From NCBI GenBank assembly GCA_045587745.1, contig JAZNCU010000029.1:2902-66901 (forward strand): a stretch of DNA of 64,000 nucleotides, read 5' to 3'. The notes beneath the pieces were generated by a model that had not been told where the DNA came from, did not search any database, and saw only the letters and a list, made by a program, of their open reading frames with translations. The position numbers were made by a program, and so were the translations under genes. Positions 53,158-62,854 of this stretch are shown piece by piece (positions within the stretch are counted from its first letter, which is position 1; every line of letters starts with the position of its first letter). The stretch is from Eubacteriales bacterium (GTDB lineage Bacteria; Bacillota; Clostridia; Oscillospirales; CAG-382).

Positions 53158-53265
53158 ATATGTTCCTTCCTGAGAGACGGTACATTTTCCATATAATTAT
53201 AACATTATTGTGTGATAAAATAAAGTATAATTTATGCTATAAAAAAAGTTTATCTAATATGCACA

Positions 53266-53293
53266 TTGAATAAAGTACAAATTTGTGTATAAT
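53266..53293 (+). promoter_or_regulatory. sigma-A type promoter for the ECF S-component gene
   Basis: TTGAAT (53266-53271), a 16-nt spacer, then TATAAT (53288-53293). Confidence 0.45.
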
Positions 53294-53330
53294 TGTATTA
53301 TCCATAAATTTTCAGAGATAGGGTGTTTTT

Positions 53331-53927
53331 ATGAATAACACGAAAAGTAAAACAGCAAAGTTTGTTCTTGCCGCAATACTTATTGCCGTTGTTGCAGTGC
53401 TTCAAACCGTAGCTGCGGTTTTTCCGCTAAAGGTGTTTGGACTTTCGATATCTCTCGTGCTTATACCTATCGTGATAGCAGGTATTTACTGCGGCGTTTG
53501 GGGCGGAGTTATCGTCGGAGCATCCTTCGGTATCGTTGTGTTCATACATTGCGTTACGGGACTCGATCCTACGGGAGCGTTCCTTTTTCAGCTCAACCCG
53601 CTTTATACCTTTATCGCCACCGTCGGCAGAGCGGCAATTGCCGGTCTTGTTCCGGCACTTGTGTATAAAGCCGTTTCAACCCGATTGAGCGGTACTGCAG
53701 GCGCAGTTATTTCGGCAGTTTGCGCGCCCGTCGTTAATACTCTGGTTTTCGTTCTCTGTCTGCTCACGCTTTTTCCCGATACTCTCGCAACATGGGCAAG
53801 CGATGCCGGAAAGAGCATCATTACCTTTATTATCGTAGGAATGGTTGGCTTTAACTTCCTGTTTGAGCTTGCAACCACAACCTTACTCACTCCCGCAATC
53901 AGCAAGGCGATTTCAAAAATACGTTAA
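53331..53927 (+). CDS. ECF transporter S component (substrate-capture subunit, specificity unknown)
   Basis: 198 aa with about 6 TM helices. Its size and topology are typical of vitamin ECF S components. No riboswitch-like leader was seen. Confidence 0.55.
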   Translation: MNNTKSKTAKFVLAAILIAVVAVLQTVAAVFPLKVFGLSISLVLIPIVIAGIYCGVWGGVIVGASFGIVVFIHCVTGLDPTGAFLFQLNPLYTFIATVGRAAIAGLVPALVYKAVSTRLSGTAGAVISAVCAPVVNTLVFVLCLLTLFPDTLATWASDAGKSIITFIIVGMVGFNFLFELATTTLLTPAISKAISKIR

Positions 53928-53992
53928 TCTATACGGCAAGTCACCTTGCCGTAAAACTTTGAAATAATCATTTTTTATCGGGGTACGTAAAT

Positions 53993-55840
53993 ATGATACG
54001 CAGCGATCTACGAAATATTGCAATAATTGCTCACGTTGATCACGGAAAGACCACTCTCGTTGACGAGATGCTCAAGCAGGGCGGTGTTTTCAGGGATAAT
54101 CAGGTGACTGAGGATAGAGTTATGGATAACAATACCCTCGAGCGTGAGAGAGGTATTACCATACTTGCAAAGAATACCGCCATTCATTATAAAGACGTTA
54201 AGATAAACATTATCGATACTCCCGGTCACGCCGATTTTGGCGGTGAGGTTGAGCGTATCCTCAAAATGGTTAACGGCGTAATCCTTCTTGTTGATGCGGC
54301 TGAGGGTCCTATGCCCCAGACACGCTTCGTTCTTCAGCGTGCGCTCGAGCTCAACCACAAGGTTATCGTTGTCGTCAATAAAATCGATCGTCCCGATTCC
54401 CGTATCGAGGAGGTTATGGATGAGATCCTTGAGCTTCTGTTTGACCTTGACGCAAACGATGAGCAGCTCGAGAGCCCTACTCTTTTCTGCTCGGGCAGAG
54501 CAGGCACGGCATCCATTAGCCCTTATGAGCCCGGTGTTGATCTCCGCCCGCTGTTCGATACTATTCTCTCGCATATTCCCGCACCCGAGGGAGATCCCGA
54601 CGGTGAGCTTCAGCTGCTTGTTTCTTCTATCGACTATAACGAGTATGTCGGCAGGATCGGTATCGGAAGAATCGAGCGCGGCACTATCAAACAGGGGCAG
54701 GAGGTTTATATTACCAACTTCCACTCCGGTGCTACCCCGAAAAAGTCAAAAATCGTTTCGCTTTATCAGATCGACGGTCTTAAACGTGTTCCCGTTACCG
54801 AGGCAAAAATGGGCGATATCGTATGCTTTTCCGGTGCCGAGGATATCACTATCGGTGATACCGTTACCTCGCTTGCTTGTCCTGAGAGCCTTGAGTTTGT
54901 CAAGGTGGGTGAGCCCACGATGGAAATGACCTTCTCGGTCAACGATTCTCCTTTTGCGGGCAGAGAGGGAAAATTCGTCACCACCCGTCAGATACGTGAC
55001 AGGCTGTTTAAGGAGCTTCTTAAGGACGTTTCGCTGCGTGTAAGCGAGGGCGAGACAACCGATTGCTTTAACGTTGCCGGCAGGGGAGAGATGCATCTTT
55101 CCATTCTTATCGAGACAATGCGCCGCGAGGGATTTGAGATCTGTTGCTCAACACCCCGTGTTCTGTACAAAACTATCGACGGAATCAAGCACGAGCCCTA
55201 TGAGCGTGTTTCGGCAGACGTCCCCTCCGAGTACGTCGGAACCGTAGTTGAGGAGCTTGGCAGACGTAAGGGTGATCTTCTTGAGATGAACCCCAACAGC
55301 GCAGGAACGAGAATGAAGCTGGAGTATTCCATTCCCGCACGTTGCCTGTTTGGCTATCGCAGTCAGTTTATGTCGGCAACAAGAGGCGAGGGAATCATCA
55401 ACTCGGTATTTGAGGACTACAAGCCCTTCAAGGGAGATATTCAGATTCGGTTTACCGGCTCGCTTATTGCAAGTGAGGACGGCGAAACGACCTCCTACGG
55501 CTGTTATAACTCGCAGGAGCGAGGCTCTTTGTTTGTGGGCCCGGGTGTAAGCGTTTACGAGGGAATGGTTGTGGGTATGAACCCCAAGGGTGAGGACATA
55601 GCCATTAACCCCTGCAAAAAGAAGCAGCTGACCGCTATCCGCTCGGCAGGTGCCGATGAAAAGCTGATTCTCACTCCTCCCGTAATTTTTTCGCTTGAGG
55701 AGGCTATCGAGTTTATCAACGAGGACGAGCTTATTGAGGTCACGCCAAAATCCATCCGTATTCGCAAGAGGATTCTCAATAAGGAGCTCCGTATGAAGCA
55801 CGAGAGCCGTCTCAAAAAAATGGCTGCAGAGCAAAAATAG
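53993..55840 (+). CDS. typA: translational GTPase TypA/BipA
   Basis: 615 aa with the G1 motif AHVDHGKTT, DTPGHADFGGEVER, and the G4 motif NKID. Confidence 0.95.
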   Translation: MIRSDLRNIAIIAHVDHGKTTLVDEMLKQGGVFRDNQVTEDRVMDNNTLERERGITILAKNTAIHYKDVKINIIDTPGHADFGGEVERILKMVNGVILLVDAAEGPMPQTRFVLQRALELNHKVIVVVNKIDRPDSRIEEVMDEILELLFDLDANDEQLESPTLFCSGRAGTASISPYEPGVDLRPLFDTILSHIPAPEGDPDGELQLLVSSIDYNEYVGRIGIGRIERGTIKQGQEVYITNFHSGATPKKSKIVSLYQIDGLKRVPVTEAKMGDIVCFSGAEDITIGDTVTSLACPESLEFVKVGEPTMEMTFSVNDSPFAGREGKFVTTRQIRDRLFKELLKDVSLRVSEGETTDCFNVAGRGEMHLSILIETMRREGFEICCSTPRVLYKTIDGIKHEPYERVSADVPSEYVGTVVEELGRRKGDLLEMNPNSAGTRMKLEYSIPARCLFGYRSQFMSATRGEGIINSVFEDYKPFKGDIQIRFTGSLIASEDGETTSYGCYNSQERGSLFVGPGVSVYEGMVVGMNPKGEDIAINPCKKKQLTAIRSAGADEKLILTPPVIFSLEEAIEFINEDELIEVTPKSIRIRKRILNKELRMKHESRLKKMAAEQK

Positions 55841-55845
55841 CATAC

Positions 55846-55875
55846 AAAAAGAACCGTGTCACCACGGTTCTTTTT
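55846..55875. terminator. bidirectional Rho-independent terminator
   Basis: Stem AAAAAGAACCGTG / CACGGTTCTTTTT with loop TCAC. Confidence 0.8.
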
Positions 55876-55885
55876 TGATGAATCC

Positions 55886-56122
55886 TTATTTCAGAATTTT
55901 GAGATAATCAAGTATTGCAAGTACGATTCCAACGAGAACGTAGAGGTCGAGAAGACCGCATACAAGACTAACGATAAGTCCGATAACGGGGATGCCCGCC
56001 AGAAGACCGATAAGGAATCCGAATACGGCACCTGCAACGAGGTAAACTATAATTTTTATAACGAGTGCCGCAACGTCAGATGCTCCAAAGGAGTAAGGAA
56101 AAAATTTTTTAAGAAGATCCAT
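55886..56122 (-). CDS. small hydrophobic membrane protein
   Basis: 78 aa with two predicted TM helices rich in G/L/I/V. It is bracketed by terminators at 55846-55875 and 56197-56228. Confidence 0.55.
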   Translation of the reverse strand: MDLLKKFFPYSFGASDVAALVIKIIVYLVAGAVFGFLIGLLAGIPVIGLIVSLVCGLLDLYVLVGIVLAILDYLKILK

Positions 56123-56196
56123 AACCGATAAACTCCCTTCACAATTATTATATGTAAAATATACTCTATATTGCGCAAAAAGTCAACATCCTTGTA

Positions 56197-56228
56197 AGAA
56201 AAATGTCCGCCACAGGCGTGGCGGACAT
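56197..56228 (-). terminator. Rho-independent terminator of gap
   Basis: Stem ATGTCCGCCAC / GTGGCGGACAT with loop AGGC. A U-run follows on the minus strand. Confidence 0.8.
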
Positions 56229-56240
56229 AAAAATCTTTAC

Positions 56241-57257
56241 TTATGCAAGCTCTGCAAAGTATTTGATGGTTCTAACCATCTGGCTGGTGTAGGAGTTCTC
56301 GTTGTCATACCACGAAACGGTCTGTACCTGATAGGTATCGTCGTCGATCTTGGTGACCATGGTCTGGGTAGCGTCAAAGAGCGAGCCGTAGGTAATGCCG
56401 ATGATATCGGAGGAAACGAGAGGATCCTCGGTGTAACCGAAGGAAGCACTGGAAGCAGCCTTCATAGCAGCGTTGATGCCCTCTTTGGTGATATCCTTGC
56501 CCTTGACAACGGATACGAGAATAGTGGTGGAACCGGTGCAGGTGGGAACACGCTGAGCGGAACCGATGAGCTTGCCGTTGAGCTCGGGGATAACGAGGCC
56601 GATAGCCTTTGCAGCGCCGGTGCTGTTGGGAACAATGTTAACAGCAGCAGCTCTTGCTCTTCTGAGGTCACCCTTTCTGTGGGGGCCGTCGAGAACCATC
56701 TGGTCACCGGTGTATGCATGAACGGTGGTCATGATACCGCTGAGGATGGGAGCGTAATCGTTGAGAGCCTTAGCCATGGGAGCGAGGCAGTTGGTGGTGC
56801 AGGAAGCAGCAGAAATAATGTTGTCGTCAGCGGTGAGGGTGTCCTCGTTAACGCCGAAAACGATGGTGGGAAGATCGTTGCCTGCGGGAGCAGAGATAAC
56901 TACCTTCTTAGCGCCTGCGGTGATGTGAGCGGAAGCTTTTTCCTTGGAAGTGTAAAAACCGGTGCACTCAAGAACAACATCGATTCCGAGCTCGCCCCAG
57001 GGAAGGTTAGCGGCGTCTTTCTCGGAGTAGATGCGGATCTCCTGACCTGCAACTTCAATTGCTCCCTCTTTTGCTACAACCTGATCGCAAAGAGCGTATC
57101 TGCCCTGAGCGGAGTCGTATTTGAGAAGGTGTGCGAGCATTTTGGGATCGGTAAGATCGTTGATAGCAACAATCTCGTAGCCCTCTGCGCCGAACATCTG
57201 TCTGAACGCGAGACGGCCGATACGGCCAAAGCCGTTAATAGCAACTTTTACTGACAT
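56241..57257 (-). CDS. gap: type I glyceraldehyde-3-phosphate dehydrogenase
   Basis: The start is ATG 57257 (GGAGG upstream), reading [19 protein letters not shown]. The active site [11 protein letters not shown] is present. 338 aa. Confidence 0.96.
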   Translation of the reverse strand: MSVKVAINGFGRIGRLAFRQMFGAEGYEIVAINDLTDPKMLAHLLKYDSAQGRYALCDQVVAKEGAIEVAGQEIRIYSEKDAANLPWGELGIDVVLECTGFYTSKEKASAHITAGAKKVVISAPAGNDLPTIVFGVNEDTLTADDNIISAASCTTNCLAPMAKALNDYAPILSGIMTTVHAYTGDQMVLDGPHRKGDLRRARAAAVNIVPNSTGAAKAIGLVIPELNGKLIGSAQRVPTCTGSTTILVSVVKGKDITKEGINAAMKAASSASFGYTEDPLVSSDIIGITYGSLFDATQTMVTKIDDDTYQVQTVSWYDNENSYTSQMVRTIKYFAELA

Positions 57258-57364
57258 GGAAATGTCCTCCGTTAAATATTTTTTTACTTGGTCATGTAAT
57301 AGTTTATACGAATTTCCAAAAAAATACAACAGTATTTTTTGAAAAAATGTATTATATTTGACTA

Positions 57365-58051
57365 TTATATTTGGTTATTATCGCTAATATAGGCTCGTAC
57401 ACGGAACTTTGCACCCGTTGTGCTGACAAGCGCAGCGCATTTTTCAAGCTCCTCGTCGGACAAAGCGCAGTCAACTGCAGTAAAGATGACCTCGGGAATT
57501 ATATCCGCACATTCTTTTGCAAAATCAAGCATTGCATCAAATGCTCGCTCGCCGTAAACCGACCTGCAAACACGCTGATATGAATCGGCATCGCAGGCGT
57601 TGAGGCTGATCGAAACGGTATCGATCACGCCTGCCAACAGCACAGATATGCTCTCTCCGTTTATAATGCTTCCGTGACCGTTGGTGTTGAGCCGTATCGG
57701 CAGGGAATAGGTCTGCTTGAGAATCCTGCCGACCTCGTGTATAAGGTCCGCCCTGTAGGTCGGCTCGCCGTATCCGCAGAATACAAATTCCTCACAGTCA
57801 TCAAAAAATATTCTTTTGACCGCTTCCACGACCTCGTTTGCGCTCTCGGGCTCACGCTCAAGCCACAATGTATCGCTTCCGTATGCAGTATCACCGCCAA
57901 GACGGATGCAAAAAGTACAGCTGTTCGAGCAACGGTTGGTAAGATTTATATAAATCCCGTTGCCGACACGGTAAGCAAAGTTCAGACCTCGCTTAGCCGA
58001 TGCGGAAGAGCCGCTTTGCGTTTGTTTCGGTAAGTTGTTCGATGTGTTCAA
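57365..58051 (-). CDS. radical SAM protein, TatD-associated type
   Basis: It has the CxxxCxxC cluster ([10 protein letters not shown]). No in-frame ATG lies upstream of the cluster. Candidate starts are TTG 58051 (6 nt after AGAGGAG) and TTG 58075. Both lie inside the tatD coding region. Confidence 0.75.
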   Translation of the reverse strand: MNTSNNLPKQTQSGSSASAKRGLNFAYRVGNGIYINLTNRCSNSCTFCIRLGGDTAYGSDTLWLEREPESANEVVEAVKRIFFDDCEEFVFCGYGEPTYRADLIHEVGRILKQTYSLPIRLNTNGHGSIINGESISVLLAGVIDTVSISLNACDADSYQRVCRSVYGERAFDAMLDFAKECADIIPEVIFTAVDCALSDEELEKCAALVSTTGAKFRVRAYISDNNQI

Positions 58052-58748
58052 ATGATACTCCTCTGATTTCAGCAAGTCGTTGCAGTGTGTACCTCATGAT
58101 CCCGCTGTCATTGCGCTTGCCCCGCATAGGTACTGGTGCAAGGTAGGGACAGTCGGTTTCGACGAGTATCCTGTCCTCGGGAACGTAGGATGCATTTTCA
58201 ACGGGAGTGACTGCATTCTTGAACGTCACCGTGCCCGAAAACGAAATATACCAGCCTCTGTCGAGCAAAAGGCGCGCCGTTTCCTTGCTGCCCGAAAATG
58301 AGTGGAAAACACCGTAAACATCGTAGTCCCTAACGATTTCAAGACAGTCGGCACAGGACTCACGCTCGTGAATGACCACCGGCATTTTAGTAGCCTCGGC
58401 TATCTCCATCTGCTTACGGAAAAGGAGCTTTTGCTCCTCCTTTACGTCGCTTCCGTAATGGTAGTCGAGTCCTATCTCGCCCAGCGCCACAACCTTTTTA
58501 TGAGTCAGCAGGGAGGTAATAACGTCAATGTCGCCGTCGGTATATCTGCATGCCTCGTGCGGGTGTATGCCTACCGAGGCAAATACAAGCGGATATTGCT
58601 CGGCAAGAAGCACCGAGTCCTCGGATGTTTTTCGGCTGCAGCCGATGTTGACGATACCCGTAACACCGTTTTCAAAAAGCGAGGGAAGCAGTATGTCACG
58701 GTCAGCATCAAAGCGCTCGTCGTCGTAATGTGCGTGGGAATCAAACAT
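57993..58748 (-). CDS. tatD: TatD family metal-dependent hydrolase (DNase)
   Basis: 251 aa with MFDSHAHYDD, EIGLDY, PVVIHERE, GVFHSFSG and ETDCPYL. Confidence 0.9.
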   Translation of the reverse strand: MFDSHAHYDDERFDADRDILLPSLFENGVTGIVNIGCSRKTSEDSVLLAEQYPLVFASVGIHPHEACRYTDGDIDVITSLLTHKKVVALGEIGLDYHYGSDVKEEQKLLFRKQMEIAEATKMPVVIHERESCADCLEIVRDYDVYGVFHSFSGSKETARLLLDRGWYISFSGTVTFKNAVTPVENASYVPEDRILVETDCPYLAPVPMRGKRNDSGIMRYTLQRLAEIRGVSFEHIEQLTETNAKRLFRIG

Positions 58749-60700
58749 TATCTCACCTTGCTTCCGAGCTCAGCATCCTCGGGCGCAAAAATTACCTTTA
58801 CGCTGCCGCCGGAGTCGGCGGCAAGAATCATACCGTTGCTCTCAATGCCGCGGAGCTTTGCGGGCTTGAGATTGGAAACCAGAATAACCTTTTTGCCGAT
58901 AAGCTCATCGGGTGCATAATATTTTGCAATACCCGAAACGACCTGTCTTGTCTCGCTTCCGAGGTCAACCTTGAGCACAAGCAGCTTTTCGCTGTTCTCG
59001 GCAGGAGCGCACTCGAGCACCTTTGCAACCTTCAGCTCAACCTTTGCAAAATCGTCGATGGTAATTTCGGCAGGTGGAGCGCTCTGCTCGGGCTTCTTTT
59101 CCTGCTTCTTTGTCTCTTTTGCCTGCGCCGCAAGAGCTTTTTCCTTTTCGGCAAAGTATTTTTTTTCGTCAATTCTTGCAAAAAGGACGGGAATCTCGCC
59201 AACAGTCCTGCCCTCACAGCCGTAGGTGTAGGTGACTGCAACATCAAAATCGGTGTCGGCATCTATCGAGAATACCGAGTTGATCTTATCGCAGGTGCCG
59301 GGCATGATCGGGGTGAGGAGAGTAGCGCAAATGCGAATGCTGTCAACGAGGTTGCTCATTACGTCGGCAAGCTCCTGCTTTCTATCGGGATCCTTGGCAA
59401 GCACCCAGGGAGTGGTCTCGTCAATATACTTGTTGCAGGCACGCAGAGCACCGAATATTGCGGCATCTGCATCGGCAATCAGATAGTTATCATATTTGTC
59501 GGCAGCCGATTTTGCACCGGAAAGCACGGCGTTTTTGAGCGTAACCGCAAACTCGTTGTCATTTCCGCTATTCTGAGGAATAACGCCGCCGAAATACTGC
59601 TTGATCATTGCACCCGTACGCGAAACGAGGTTTCCGAGCGTGTTGGCAAGATCGGTATTGGTGCGTTTGATGATGTTTTCAAAAGTAATGCTGCCGTCAT
59701 TGTAGTAGCCCATCTCGGCAAGCAGATAATGTCTTACCGCATCAAGCCCGAAATCGGCAATAAGCTCGTCGCCGTAGATAGCGTTGCCCCTCGATTTGCT
59801 CATCTTGTCCATACCCGAAAGCAGCCAGGGGTGACCGATAATCTTTTTGGGCAGGGGAAGGCCGAGACCCATAAGAATGATAGGCCAGTAAATAGTGTGG
59901 AAGCGAACGATATCCTTGCCGATAACGTGCAGATCGGCAGGCCAGAGCTTGTCAAACTGCTCACTGCTTCCGTCGGGATCGTAGCCGACAGCGGTAATAT
60001 AGTTGGAAAGTGCATCGATCCAGACGTATATAACGTGGCCGGGGTCAAACTCAACGGGAACGCCCCAGGTAAAGCTCGTCCTCGAAACGCAAAGATCCTG
60101 AAGACCGGGCTTGATAAAATTGTTCAGCATCTCGTTCTTACGGGATTCGGGGGTAATAACGTCGCCGCTGTTAAAATATTCGATCAGTCTGTCGGTATAC
60201 TTCGACAGCCTGAGGAAGTACGCCTCCTCCTGTGCACGCACACACTCTCTGCCGCAGTCGGGGCATTTGCCGTCAACAAGCTGGGTATCGGTCCAAAAGG
60301 ATTCGCAGGGGGTACAGTAGTTGCCCTCATAGGTTCCTTTGTAGATGTCACCGTTGTCGTAGAGCTTTTTGAATATCTTTTGTACTACCTTTTTGTGATA
60401 ATCGTCGGTGGTACGGATAAACTTGTCGTAGCTGGTACCAAAGCTGTCCCAGATCTCACGGATCTCGCCTGCAATATTATCAACGTACTGCTTGGGCGTA
60501 ATTCCGCATTTCTCGGCCTCCTGCTGAATTTTCTGACCGTGCTCATCGGTTCCGGTAAGGAAGAACACGTCATAGCCGCGCATACGCTTGTATCTTGCAA
60601 TGGCGTCGGTTAAAACTGCCTCAAATACGTTGCCGATGTGAGGCTTTTTTGAGGTGTAAACGATTGCCGTTGTTATATAAAATTTTTCTTTCATATCCAT
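58748..60700 (-). CDS. metG: methionine--tRNA ligase (with C-terminal tRNA-binding domain)
   Basis: 650 aa with a HIGH-type motif (KPHIGNVF), KMSKS, a CPDCGREC zinc knuckle, and a C-terminal EMAP/Trbp111-like domain. The alternative start is ATG 60694. Confidence 0.95.
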   Translation of the reverse strand: MDMKEKFYITTAIVYTSKKPHIGNVFEAVLTDAIARYKRMRGYDVFFLTGTDEHGQKIQQEAEKCGITPKQYVDNIAGEIREIWDSFGTSYDKFIRTTDDYHKKVVQKIFKKLYDNGDIYKGTYEGNYCTPCESFWTDTQLVDGKCPDCGRECVRAQEEAYFLRLSKYTDRLIEYFNSGDVITPESRKNEMLNNFIKPGLQDLCVSRTSFTWGVPVEFDPGHVIYVWIDALSNYITAVGYDPDGSSEQFDKLWPADLHVIGKDIVRFHTIYWPIILMGLGLPLPKKIIGHPWLLSGMDKMSKSRGNAIYGDELIADFGLDAVRHYLLAEMGYYNDGSITFENIIKRTNTDLANTLGNLVSRTGAMIKQYFGGVIPQNSGNDNEFAVTLKNAVLSGAKSAADKYDNYLIADADAAIFGALRACNKYIDETTPWVLAKDPDRKQELADVMSNLVDSIRICATLLTPIMPGTCDKINSVFSIDADTDFDVAVTYTYGCEGRTVGEIPVLFARIDEKKYFAEKEKALAAQAKETKKQEKKPEQSAPPAEITIDDFAKVELKVAKVLECAPAENSEKLLVLKVDLGSETRQVVSGIAKYYAPDELIGKKVILVSNLKPAKLRGIESNGMILAADSGGSVKVIFAPEDAELGSKVR

Positions 60701-60713
60701 TTATCTCCTTGGG

Positions 60714-62072
60714 TTAGTTTTTGAGTGAATGAATCGGTGCGGGGATCCTTCCGCCTCTGCCGATAAATATCTCGGGTGATGCGGTGCGGAGGCTCATAAT
60801 CGGAGCTCTGCCCAGCAGACCGCCAAAGTCAACCGACTCGCCAACCGTTTTTCCGTATGCGGGAATCACACGCACTGCGGTGGTTTTAGTGTTGGCAACG
60901 CCAATCGAAATCTCGTCGGCGATCAGTCCGCAAATAACCGCCTCGCTGGTGTCGCCGGGTACAGCTATCATATCGAGTCCTACCGAGCAGACCGCTGTCA
61001 TTGCCTCCAGTTTTTCTATAGAAAGCACGCCCTTTTCAACAGCTGCAATCATTCCCGCATCCTCGGAAACGGGGATGAATGCACCCGACAGACCTCCAAC
61101 GTGTGAGGATGCCATTACGCCACCCTTTTTGACTGCGTCGTTAAGGAGCGCCAAAGCTGCCGTAGTACCGTGAGCGCCGCAGGTCTCAAGCCCCATGCTC
61201 TCGAGAATATCGGCGACCGAGTCACCTATAGCGGGTGTGGGCGCAAGCGAAAGATCAACTATTCCAAAAGGAATACCGAGCGATTTTGATGCGGCGTGAG
61301 CAACGAGCTGGCCTACTCTTGTTATCTTGAACGAGGTGCGTTTTATTACCTCGGCAAGCTCGGAGAGCGAGCAGTTTCCGGCACGCTTGATTGCACTTGC
61401 AACCACTCCGGGGCCCGATACGCCTACGTTAATAATCGAGTCGGGCTCGCCCGCTCCGTGAAAGGCACCTGCCATAAAGGGGTTATCCTCGGGAACGTTT
61501 GCAAAAACGACCAGCTTTGCACATCCGAGTGAGTCCTTATCTCTCGTAAGATAAGCGGTTTTTTTGATGATACTGCCCATTTTGCCGATAGCATCCATAT
61601 TGATGCCCGCCTTGGTGGTGGCAACGTTGACCGATGAGCAAACCTTGTCGGTAACCGTAAGAGCCTCGGGAATAGCCTCGATGAGAGCCGTGTCGCATTT
61701 TGTGCTTCCCTTGTGCACCAGTGCGCCAAAACCGCCAATAAAATTGATTCCAAGCGTGTCAGCGGCTCTGTCCAGCGTTCTTGCCGCCTCAACAAATCCC
61801 TCGCTGTCAAGACAGCCGCAGCAGAGCGAGAGGGGAGTAACGGCAACTCTTTTGTTGATGATGGGAATGCCGTAGGTCTTCTCAATCTCCTCGCAAGCCG
61901 GAACAAGCCTCTCGGCAGTACGGGTGATTTTGTCGTAAATATTGCTGAGCAAACGATTTTTATCGTCGCTGATGCAGTCGAAAAGCGAGATACCGACCGT
62001 TACGGTACGGATATCAAGGTTTTCGGCGCGTATCATATTTATTGTTTCTAAAATGTCTCTTGTTTCAAGCAT
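60714..62072 (-). CDS. UPF0210/DUF711 (PFL-like) family protein
   Basis: 452 aa. The N-terminus (I.ETI.MI...[14 protein letters not shown]) is typical of UPF0210. It is paired with an upstream ACT gene, as is widely seen in Firmicutes. Confidence 0.75.
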   Translation of the reverse strand: MLETRDILETINMIRAENLDIRTVTVGISLFDCISDDKNRLLSNIYDKITRTAERLVPACEEIEKTYGIPIINKRVAVTPLSLCCGCLDSEGFVEAARTLDRAADTLGINFIGGFGALVHKGSTKCDTALIEAIPEALTVTDKVCSSVNVATTKAGINMDAIGKMGSIIKKTAYLTRDKDSLGCAKLVVFANVPEDNPFMAGAFHGAGEPDSIINVGVSGPGVVASAIKRAGNCSLSELAEVIKRTSFKITRVGQLVAHAASKSLGIPFGIVDLSLAPTPAIGDSVADILESMGLETCGAHGTTAALALLNDAVKKGGVMASSHVGGLSGAFIPVSEDAGMIAAVEKGVLSIEKLEAMTAVCSVGLDMIAVPGDTSEAVICGLIADEISIGVANTKTTAVRVIPAYGKTVGESVDFGGLLGRAPIMSLRTASPEIFIGRGGRIPAPIHSLKN

Positions 62073-62092
62073 TGTATTTGCTCCCGATCGGC

Positions 62093-62368
62093 TCAGATCC
62101 TGTGCATCGAGTCAAAGATATCCTCGTGCATAACGTGAATTTCGAGTGACTTTGTTTTGCCGTATTCGCTGACCTTGTCGGCAAAGTCGGTAAATGGCAT
62201 GGTCAGCCTGTCAATCTCAACTATCATAATCATCGCAAAATATTCCTCAAGAACTGTTTGCGAAATATCGATAATATTCGCTCCGCACTCGGCGCACAGT
62301 GCGCTTACCGAGGCAATAATTCCAACGTTGTCCTTTCCCGTGACCGAGATAACTGCCTTTTGCTTCAT
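62093..62368 (-). CDS. ACT domain-containing protein (UPF0237)
   Basis: 91 aa reading [36 protein letters not shown]. Confidence 0.8.
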   Translation of the reverse strand: MKQKAVISVTGKDNVGIIASVSALCAECGANIIDISQTVLEEYFAMIMIVEIDRLTMPFTDFADKVSEYGKTKSLEIHVMHEDIFDSMHRI

Positions 62369-62369
62369 A

Positions 62370-62852
62370 TCATTTTCCTTTCTTGCTTTGCCGCAGGCTC
62401 AAAAAGAATCCGCTCAGCAAAGCTCCGCATTCCTCTGCCAAAACTCCGCCCTCAACCTCGTATTTGTGGTTGAGAGGATATTCCGACATATCTAAAACAC
62501 TTCCGTATGCTCCTGCCTTTTGGTCGGAGCAGCCGAATACGACCCGTTTTATCCTTGAATTGACTATTGCTCCGGCGCACATAGGACAGGGCTCCATCGT
62601 AACGTACAGCGTACAGTCCTCAAGCCTCCAGGCGCCGAGTTTTTTGCACGCTCTGTCTATCGCAACGATCTCGGCGTGCAGGAGAGCGTTCCTTTTCATC
62701 TCACGCATATTCCTGCCCGAGGCGATAATCTGTCCGTCCTTGACGATAACCGCGCCGATGGGAACTTCACCGACACGCTCGGCGGCTCTCGCTCTTGCAA
62801 GCGCCGCTTTCATAAAGCGGATATCCTCGTCCTTAAAAAGCTTTTCGTCCAT
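62370..62852 (-). CDS. tadA: tRNA adenosine(34) deaminase
   Basis: The start is ATG 62852 (160 aa), and the track ORF over-extends to 63170. The zinc motifs HAEIVAI and PCPMCAGA are present. Confidence 0.92.
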   Translation of the reverse strand: MDEKLFKDEDIRFMKAALARARAAERVGEVPIGAVIVKDGQIIASGRNMREMKRNALLHAEIVAIDRACKKLGAWRLEDCTLYVTMEPCPMCAGAIVNSRIKRVVFGCSDQKAGAYGSVLDMSEYPLNHKYEVEGGVLAEECGALLSGFFLSLRQSKKGK

Positions 62853-62854
62853 AA

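Noticed and set aside
53158-53330. Expected vitamin riboswitch (FMN/THI/etc.) upstream of the ECF S-component gene
   Set aside because: The 173-bp region is extremely AT-rich, with only promoter-like hexamers. There are no conserved GC-rich riboswitch helices.
53934-53953. Hairpin ACGGCAAG-tcac-CTTGCCGT after the ECF S-component gene as a terminator
   Set aside because: There is no adjacent U-tract, since AAAACTTTG follows. It may be a weak terminator or a processing site, but this cannot be supported from sequence alone.
58730-60613. 627-aa ORF antisense to metG
   Set aside because: This is the same in-phase codon-complement artefact. metG carries clear HIGH/KMSKS motifs on the other strand.
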